Positions 58,174-64,000 of a stretch of 64,000 nucleotides of DNA are shown piece by piece. Every line of letters starts with the position of its first letter. Position 1 is the first letter of the stretch. The notes under the pieces are model-generated. The model was not told where the DNA came from, ran no database searches, and was given only the letters and a program-made list of their open reading frames with translations. The stretch comes from a virus. Location of the stretch: positions 4,496-68,495 of IMG/VR virus record IMGVR_UViG_3300031857_000124. One strand, given 5' to 3'. A program made the position numbers and the translations under genes.

Positions 58174-58416
58174 TTAGTTGATTGTAATGCTAAACCTATT
58201 GGTCCCAGTCTGTTTTGATTTTGATTTCCACTGAATGAACTTGGTGACAAGCGCAAACGACATGGTTGTCGAACACGCTATTAAGTTCTTTGTATCAGAC
58301 TGCGTAACAGACACTATCACCCCCACGAAAAAGGCAAAAACAAAGGCTAAAAAACCATGGTTTTCACCCGACACGAGGTGCTTGGCAAATAGGATTGCGG
58401 AGTTTGGTTTCTTCAT
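58174..58416 (-). CDS. Small membrane protein
   Basis: Two hydrophobic segments. Confidence 0.5.
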   Translation of the reverse strand: MKKPNSAILFAKHLVSGENHGFLAFVFAFFVGVIVSVTQSDTKNLIACSTTMSFALVTKFIQWKSKSKQTGTNRFSITIN

Positions 58417-58703
58417 ACTGCTTCTTGTATTTTCAGCTTACTTATGGGTACCTCAACAGAGACATCAAAGCTCGTCCCCTTCATTTTTTTGTCCTTTGTC
58501 ATGTCGTATACGCTCGGTGCGTAAAACGATCTCCACGCCTCGCACATAGCGCATATGTGTTTTTTTACAGAGGACGCAGTGTTTAACACCTCCGATGTCT
58601 GTAGGATTTCGTTGTTAGAGGCCACTGTCTTCACCCTGAACCCCTTCATTTTTTTCCCATCAACAGTTCTTGTGGCGTCGTAAATTTCTATTCTGTTTGT
58701 CAT
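58413..58703 (-). CDS. Hypothetical protein (YegP/DUF1508-like motif)
   Basis: FRVKTVASNNEILQTSE. Confidence 0.5.
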   Translation of the reverse strand: MTNRIEIYDATRTVDGKKMKGFRVKTVASNNEILQTSEVLNTASSVKKHICAMCEAWRSFYAPSVYDMTKDKKMKGTSFDVSVEVPISKLKIQEAV

Positions 58704-58786
58704 CTTGTTTATTGTGTTTGTTGTGTCAAATGTAACAATTAATTGCTAAATGCCCGTGGTGGTTTTGTTTTTCTAACAAAAATCAA

Positions 58787-59176
58787 TCATCTCAAGTACG
58801 TTTGAGAAAACCCAAGCCACCTTAGCACGGAAAAGAACACCATTAAAAAAAATGTGTTTAATAGGCTGTTAGTGAAGCTGTAGGCTATCAAGAAATCCGT
58901 TATTCTGTACTGAAAGAAGTTGGACAGGTGCCACCAGTCAGTAAAAAACACCAGCGCCGTTGAACTGAACGGGAACCTTTCAGAGTACTTCGGTAAGTGA
59001 GTCCCAAAGTACCACCAATGCCTTGTTTCAGAGCCCGGGACAAGCGATCCGTTGGGGTTTGTTTTCCACTTACCCTTCCACCCATTGATTATGTAGTCTG
59101 GATCGTGGGCAATCCTATCTGATATACCCTTGAACGCCCCAACAAAAAATATCCCTATAATAATTATCGCTATCAT
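58787..59176 (-). CDS. Membrane protein
   Basis: Hydrophobic segments, ERFPFSSTALVFFTDWWHL. Confidence 0.6.
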   Translation of the reverse strand: MIAIIIIGIFFVGAFKGISDRIAHDPDYIINGWKGKWKTNPNGSLVPGSETRHWWYFGTHLPKYSERFPFSSTALVFFTDWWHLSNFFQYRITDFLIAYSFTNSLLNTFFLMVFFSVLRWLGFSQTYLR

Positions 59177-59409
59177 TTTTTTCTTTTTTTTCGGTAGTCA
59201 GGCCTTGGTTCGCGCATCTCTTTGATATACTGGTAGGCCATGACGGCCAGAACAAGGCTTGCCGTTACCATACACCCAATGGCTGTTGTCATGTCCCCCA
59301 CAAAGTAGCTTGACACTCCGTACACGACAAAAAGAATCAAGAACGTGCTTACAATCTTGCTGTCGTATGCCACCAAGTAGTACCAAAATGTTGTTCTGTA
59401 CTTTTTCAT
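59173..59409 (-). CDS. Small two-TM membrane protein
   Basis: Start MKKYRTT after A-rich context. Confidence 0.55.
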   Translation of the reverse strand: MKKYRTTFWYYLVAYDSKIVSTFLILFVVYGVSSYFVGDMTTAIGCMVTASLVLAVMAYQYIKEMREPRPDYRKKRKK

Positions 59410-59476
59410 TTTTGTTTGTTTTAGGCGGGAGGGGGGAAACCAAAAACCCCCCTTTCCGCCGTACTTCAAATCAACT

Positions 59477-59683
59477 CTAACCACTGGTTTTTTCGTCTAT
59501 CTTGTATGTTGCGTTCTTCCAAATCCGTACCTGGTCACTTGTGAAGTGCTTTATCTCCCCGCCGTTCTCAAGAACAACGGTTATTTCATCGTTCTCAAGG
59601 AATCCAGACGCGGTTATGTAAAGTATGTAGCCATCCCCAAGGGGCGTAATTACTGGTATCGGTCTGTCTACAAAGGTTATCAT
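59477..59683 (-). CDS. Small hypothetical protein
   Basis: PVITPLGDG motif, tiled ORF. Confidence 0.6.
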   Translation of the reverse strand: MITFVDRPIPVITPLGDGYILYITASGFLENDEITVVLENGGEIKHFTSDQVRIWKNATYKIDEKTSG

Positions 59684-59706
59684 TTTAAAACGGTAAAATC
59701 AAAATT

Positions 59707-60342
59707 TTAAAATGGCAATCCATCATCCTCGGGAGGCGATCCTGCAGGCTGCCACCCCGTTGCCTGTTGTTTCTCCTCCGGCTTTGACTCATAAACCCTT
59801 GGCAAGAACGTGTCCTTTAGGTAAGACTCAAAAAACTCTTGTCTCTCCGTGTCGTCCCAAACAATCTGCCCCTTGACCTTCATCTGCTTCATTTCTGGCA
59901 TATCGCCTGGGTTCTCCCTTGTCCACGCCCACTCAACGTTGTCTTTATCCTGTCGGATGTAAAGCATTGTTTTTTTCTTTCCGTCAACCTCCTTTGCCCA
60001 CGGGGATAGCGTTACTGGCTTTTCCGGGTTGATGTTCGGCATACACAAAAAGAAACCTGATGAGTACCGTGAAGACCATGGCATTTGTACCTGAAAGGTC
60101 TCATCCCCGTCCTTCAACACAATGCAGAGCTGATCGCCGTACCCCTGCTCGGACACCCTCTTAAAGGCATCAACGATGTTCCCCGTAACGGACGGGTAAC
60201 GCTTTTCGTACCAAACCTTGGTACCGTCCTTTGAGTTGCACTTTACAGCACCGTCGGTGCCCTCTTGAACTCGTTTTGCAATACGTCCATCAGAAATACT
60301 GAGGTACGTTCTGTTTGATGAACCACCTGTGTCTAATCCCAT
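59707..60342 (-). CDS. Putative ssDNA-binding protein
   Basis: Beta-rich, C-terminal DDGLPF tail, next to the primase-helicase gene. Confidence 0.6.
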   Translation of the reverse strand: MGLDTGGSSNRTYLSISDGRIAKRVQEGTDGAVKCNSKDGTKVWYEKRYPSVTGNIVDAFKRVSEQGYGDQLCIVLKDGDETFQVQMPWSSRYSSGFFLCMPNINPEKPVTLSPWAKEVDGKKKTMLYIRQDKDNVEWAWTRENPGDMPEMKQMKVKGQIVWDDTERQEFFESYLKDTFLPRVYESKPEEKQQATGWQPAGSPPEDDGLPF

Positions 60343-60428
60343 AGTTTAATTGATTAATGATTGATTGATTAATTATTGTGTGCAAATGTAACATACACGA
60401 CTTGTTTGTGCAAATTTAATTTGTTAAA

Positions 60429-62369
60429 TTATTCCCAGGCTTCCTTGTACCCGTTTGGGTGCGCTATGTCTTCGTTCCATTCTTTTGCTTCTTTTGAATC
60501 CGTCCAGTTTCTGTTAGGACTTACTGCGCTTGGTGTTTCTTGCTTAATTTCAATCTGGACAGCCCTCCCGTCTATTGCCTGTTGAAGGTAGTCTACACCG
60601 TCAAAGGTAAACCTCCTCGTGTTCCTCTGTAGTTGAAATTCAAACGACCCCTTTAGTCCAACTATCTTCTGTCTTCTGATCTTCTTACTGTGAAACTCGC
60701 ACACGGGGCTGTCTGGGGCTGTCTGAGCGAATGGACGGTGGTATATGATGATGTTATCCGCCTTGTTGTTCCACATCGCACCATCTGCAAGGTCAAACAC
60801 CTCTGGACAAGGATAATTCCCATCCTCTCCTTTTCTCATTTTGTGCGGGTGAACCACGATGTCGAAGTACACGTTGTTCTTCCTCGCAAACCGTGTGCAG
60901 TCAGAAAGGAAAGTTTCGAGGTACTTGTCGCTGCGTCCCGCACCCTTTGAGTAATCGTTTGCCATTTGGTTGAACGGATCAATAACCACCCTGTCAACTC
61001 CGTGCTTGATGATCAGGCTCAGGAACACCTCCTTCACGTAATCTGGTGTGGGGGCTACGTTCTTCGGGTACACCATGAAAATATGGTCTCCAATCATCTT
61101 GTACACCTTCATGTACGCATCGTATGATGGGCGTGTTGGGTTACTTGGTGTGCAGTCTCTCCCAAAGTAAATCTCTACAAGGTCGTGGTAGAACTGTTCG
61201 GCAGGCAGTTCCTCAGGAGTAAAGATGGCAACCCTCTCCCCAAACCTAACCATACGCATTATCATCTCCCACTTCATGAATGATGACTTTCCGTAGTTTC
61301 CTATTCCGGAAACAATTGTTAATTCGCCTTTAACTCTTTTGAAGTGCCTATCGAGCAATGGGACGCCGACGGGCATTGCTGCTTGATAACCCTTGAGGTA
61401 AATTTCCCCAGCCCTATCCATCACCTCCTCGGCATAGATTACGTCCTCCTTAGACATTTCATCGAGGTCCTCTTCGGTTAGCTCAATCTTAACCTCCTTG
61501 TGGCTACTCTTTGTAACTAACTGATCCTTAGTGAACTCGGCAGTATTCCACTGGCTCATGTTCGCCCTGTACGCACTACGGATGGCCTGGCGACACTCCT
61601 TCTGACTGAAGCTTGCATCAGGAACGACGTAGGTCATCATCATGCTGTAGCACGTCTCCTCGAGCATCCCGAACCTACAGCAGCTTGCGGCCAGCTTAAA
61701 AACGAAGTGATTCCTTTCCCCCTCACGGAACGCATCCCCCTTGGATGTCATCCACGTCAGCAGGTTGTTGAATATCTTGTCGTCATCGTTAATCGTTTCA
61801 GTGGTTGTCTGTTGGGGCAACCTTCTATCGGCCTTTTTTACAGGCAGTTTGTTGTACGTCTCGGCGTTCTCGTTGTACCAAAGATTGGGATCATACGACT
61901 CAAAGCAGAGTCGGGACAGGTTCTTTCCGGTCTTGTCAATGTCTGGAAAGTCATTCATTAAGGCCTCAAAGTGCTCTTTGTGCATGGTTTTCCATTCAAT
62001 TTGGACGAGCGCCTTCAATCCCTTGCCAGATGGGGAAGTCCAAACAGCTGTTATGTACCCTAAAGAGCACAGTTCTCTGCGTTTTTCGGCCATGTCTGAC
62101 ACGTTATCGAAGTCCAAAACAATGTACCCGGAATGTTCGACAAGTTCAGAGTCCTTTCGCTTTGAGAACGTGCCGCTGAAACAAACGGCAGGGAGTTTCT
62201 TTTTTAACTCGTCCGCCTCCTTCTTGGTTTTTGCTTGCCTCGCCTTGTTAACAAGCTCCTTTGACTTCCCATTCCTAATTCGTTCAAGTGCGCCCAACAC
62301 ACTAATTGTGTGTCCCTGCAGGTCGTTGAAGTCTTGGTAGATTGATACTTTACCATCTATTGGTCTCAT
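60429..62369 (-). CDS. Primase-helicase (BT4734/VirE-N-like AEP, PriCT, SF4 helicase)
   Basis: KKKLPAVCFSG, LDFD, SPSGKGLK, EGERNH, Walker A GIGNYGKS, VIDPFN and VVHP. Confidence 0.85.
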   Translation of the reverse strand: MRPIDGKVSIYQDFNDLQGHTISVLGALERIRNGKSKELVNKARQAKTKKEADELKKKLPAVCFSGTFSKRKDSELVEHSGYIVLDFDNVSDMAEKRRELCSLGYITAVWTSPSGKGLKALVQIEWKTMHKEHFEALMNDFPDIDKTGKNLSRLCFESYDPNLWYNENAETYNKLPVKKADRRLPQQTTTETINDDDKIFNNLLTWMTSKGDAFREGERNHFVFKLAASCCRFGMLEETCYSMMMTYVVPDASFSQKECRQAIRSAYRANMSQWNTAEFTKDQLVTKSSHKEVKIELTEEDLDEMSKEDVIYAEEVMDRAGEIYLKGYQAAMPVGVPLLDRHFKRVKGELTIVSGIGNYGKSSFMKWEMIMRMVRFGERVAIFTPEELPAEQFYHDLVEIYFGRDCTPSNPTRPSYDAYMKVYKMIGDHIFMVYPKNVAPTPDYVKEVFLSLIIKHGVDRVVIDPFNQMANDYSKGAGRSDKYLETFLSDCTRFARKNNVYFDIVVHPHKMRKGEDGNYPCPEVFDLADGAMWNNKADNIIIYHRPFAQTAPDSPVCEFHSKKIRRQKIVGLKGSFEFQLQRNTRRFTFDGVDYLQQAIDGRAVQIEIKQETPSAVSPNRNWTDSKEAKEWNEDIAHPNGYKEAWE

Positions 62370-63057
62370 CTGTAGTAGGTGTTTGTTTTATCGTTTGTTT
62401 TGTTTGTGTTTCATCCTCCCATCTCCTGTCGCGAAGGTATCGCACAGGATCCTTCCAGTACTTGCGTTCGCGCCCCGATTTGTGGTTCCCCATGCACTCC
62501 ACGGCAAGTATGCGATCTTTTTCATGCAGTTTGTTCCATGCAGCTTCTGCTTGTTTCTTGTCCACTTTCTTGTCGTAAGCCATCCAAAACTGCTCGAAAG
62601 AATACTTATTTTCTTCTTTTACTTTATTCTTTTTATTATGTGAGCATTCCTGAGCAGGGGTATGCTCATTTTTGAGCAGGGGGTATGCAGGTTTTTGAGC
62701 AGGGGTATGCTCAAAAAAATCATCTTCCTCATTTTCAGACACTGGTATCTCGGGGGTAACTGTTCTGCTTAAAATGTCGGCATCTGGATTTATAGTTAAA
62801 CATCTAACCTCAACCTCATTTCTGGTATTGAGTTTCACAATTCTCCCCAAAACACCTTTCTGTTCGAGATCAGCAATTATCCGTCTCACACTGTGCTTGG
62901 ATATCCCAAGGCATTCACCCAGATAATGATTTGAGGCAAAGCAATAGCCCCTGATGTTTGATAAATTCGAAATAACCCCTATAAGGAGTTTTTCCGTGGA
63001 TGATAATTCCTTGCTAAGCAACACACTTGCAGGGATAATTGAATATTGATTGTGCAT
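62350..63057 (-). CDS. HTH replication initiator (lambda O-like architecture)
   Basis: GYCFASNHYL HTH, FEQFWMAYDKK C-terminal domain, internal iteron-like repeats. Confidence 0.75.
   Translation of the reverse strand: MHNQYSIIPASVLLSKELSSTEKLLIGVISNLSNIRGYCFASNHYLGECLGISKHSVRRIIADLEQKGVLGRIVKLNTRNEVEVRCLTINPDADILSRTVTPEIPVSENEEDDFFEHTPAQKPAYPLLKNEHTPAQECSHNKKNKVKEENKYSFEQFWMAYDKKVDKKQAEAAWNKLHEKDRILAVECMGNHKSGRERKYWKDPVRYLRDRRWEDETQTKQTIKQTPTTDETNRW
62651..62713. repeat. Iteron-like repeats TGAGCAGGGGTATGC (x3) inside the initiator gene
   Basis: Copies at 62651, 62673 and 62696. Confidence 0.8.
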
Positions 63058-63166
63058 GATAAAATAAAAAAGCCCCGTGTAAGGCACCGGGGCTTGGGTT
63101 GGTCAAACTTGCGTTCAACTTGCCAAACCCTTCTTTTCGGCCTTACTCAAAAAGAAGGAATTGGCA
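63058..63166 (-). promoter_or_regulatory. Structured leader/attenuator with loop-loop complementarity
   Basis: Hairpin loop GTAAGGC is complementary to terminator loop GCCTTAC. U-tract precedes the ATG. Confidence 0.7.
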
Positions 63167-63268
63167 CAAATACATCGCAAAGATAATCCTGTTTTTTCAC
63201 TTGTCAAGACTTTACTCATATTTTTTTCAGTCTATTGACACAGTGCATATTATTTGTATATTTGCCGC

Positions 63269-63484
63269 ATGAGTAAACTTATTCCGCCAGACCACACGGT
63301 CTTTGTAAACATAGAATCGCGCTCAAAGGGGAGCGTGAAGGCTGTGATAACCGATGTTGGGAGCGGCGTTGACTATGAGGTTGGTCAGCGCGTCGGCATT
63401 ATTGGAAAGATAGACAACCTTGAAATACAGGGGGACTCAAGGTTCTCCGTTCACGAAAAATACATTGCGTTTTTATATGAGTAA
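63269..63484 (+). CDS. Small GroES-like fold protein
   Basis: AVITDVGSGV..EVGQRV pattern. Confidence 0.45.
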   Translation: MSKLIPPDHTVFVNIESRSKGSVKAVITDVGSGVDYEVGQRVGIIGKIDNLEIQGDSRFSVHEKYIAFLYE

Positions 63485-63797
63485 CAAGAAGACGTGGGAA
63501 AGGGCTAAGACTGTTTTACAGCGCCTTATTGATGATCGTGTCGAAATATACGAGGTTACAAGGATATTTAACCCAATGGCAAACGGGGCAAGAAAAACCC
63601 TGTGCCTGTGTAAGCCGTCAGTAACCGACAACGATCTTGACGAGGTTGAGAAAACAATAGAAAGATACAAGAACACCCTGAGCGAGGTGTCCTCAACTCG
63701 TGTTGAGCAGAGGGTAAAGCGGTCGATGTTCTTTAAAACACTTCAGGAGCACTATGATAAGAACAAAAACAAAAGAGCAGTACGAAAAGGCCATTAA
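63477..63797 (+). CDS. Hypothetical protein
   Basis: Overlapping ORF in a rightward operon. Confidence 0.55.
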   Translation: MSNKKTWERAKTVLQRLIDDRVEIYEVTRIFNPMANGARKTLCLCKPSVTDNDLDEVEKTIERYKNTLSEVSSTRVEQRVKRSMFFKTLQEHYDKNKNKRAVRKGH

Positions 63798-64000
63798 GGT
63801 CTACGACTACTACATCCGCAGGGAGGTGGCAGAGAAAGACAAGCTAGAGTCACTTACTGAAGACCCCGAGGTTATAGAGCTTTTTGATGGCTCTTACGCC
63901 TCTATCCGCAGGGCCATTTGCAGGATGCGTGATAAAAAGCCTGTTGGGAAGAAACTTTTCGAGAGGCAGCTTGCTTTTTTAGAGATTTACGAAAAAAGAT
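63754..64000 (+). CDS. Hypothetical protein (3'-truncated by the window)
   Basis: MIRTKTKEQYEKAIKVYDYY... open to the window end. Confidence 0.5.
   Translation, partial: MIRTKTKEQYEKAIKVYDYYIRREVAEKDKLESLTEDPEVIELFDGSYASIRRAICRMRDKKPVGKKLFERQLAFLEIYEKR

Noticed and set aside
1-64000. Stop-codon reassignment as in some crAss-like phages
   Set aside because: Long genes are intact under the standard code, and TAG, TGA and TAA all end tightly tiled genes

Overview
The window is most of a tailed dsDNA phage genome of a Bacteroidota host, judged by many TAnnTTTG promoter elements and A-rich translation starts without Shine-Dalgarno sites. It has a crAss-like/podovirus virion module on the + strand: terL, portal, scaffold, major capsid, ring and muzzle proteins, a GNAT, ejection proteins including a 2639-aa multidomain protein, ferritin, tail fibre and lysis genes (1-36.9 kb). 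A mostly leftward early/accessory arm follows (37-50 kb), then a repeat-rich non-coding divergence region (49.8-51.7 kb), a cluster of small basic proteins, and a replication block (SSB-like protein, primase-helicase, iteron-containing initiator). I saw no DNA polymerase, RNA polymerase or integrase. The most notable signals are: (1) an integron-like cassette array with attC-like sites, one of which encodes the start of a lipoprotein gene; (2) three tRNA-shaped elements without a normal anticodon arm, one carrying a pseudoknot; (3) two sequence-unrelated leaders sharing a hairpin/terminator loop-loop architecture; (4) a precisely delimitable TnpB-only IS200/IS605 element; (5) candidate anti-defence proteins (SAM-lyase-like, Acb2/Tad1-like). 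All product calls rest on motifs and synteny read by eye, with no database search.
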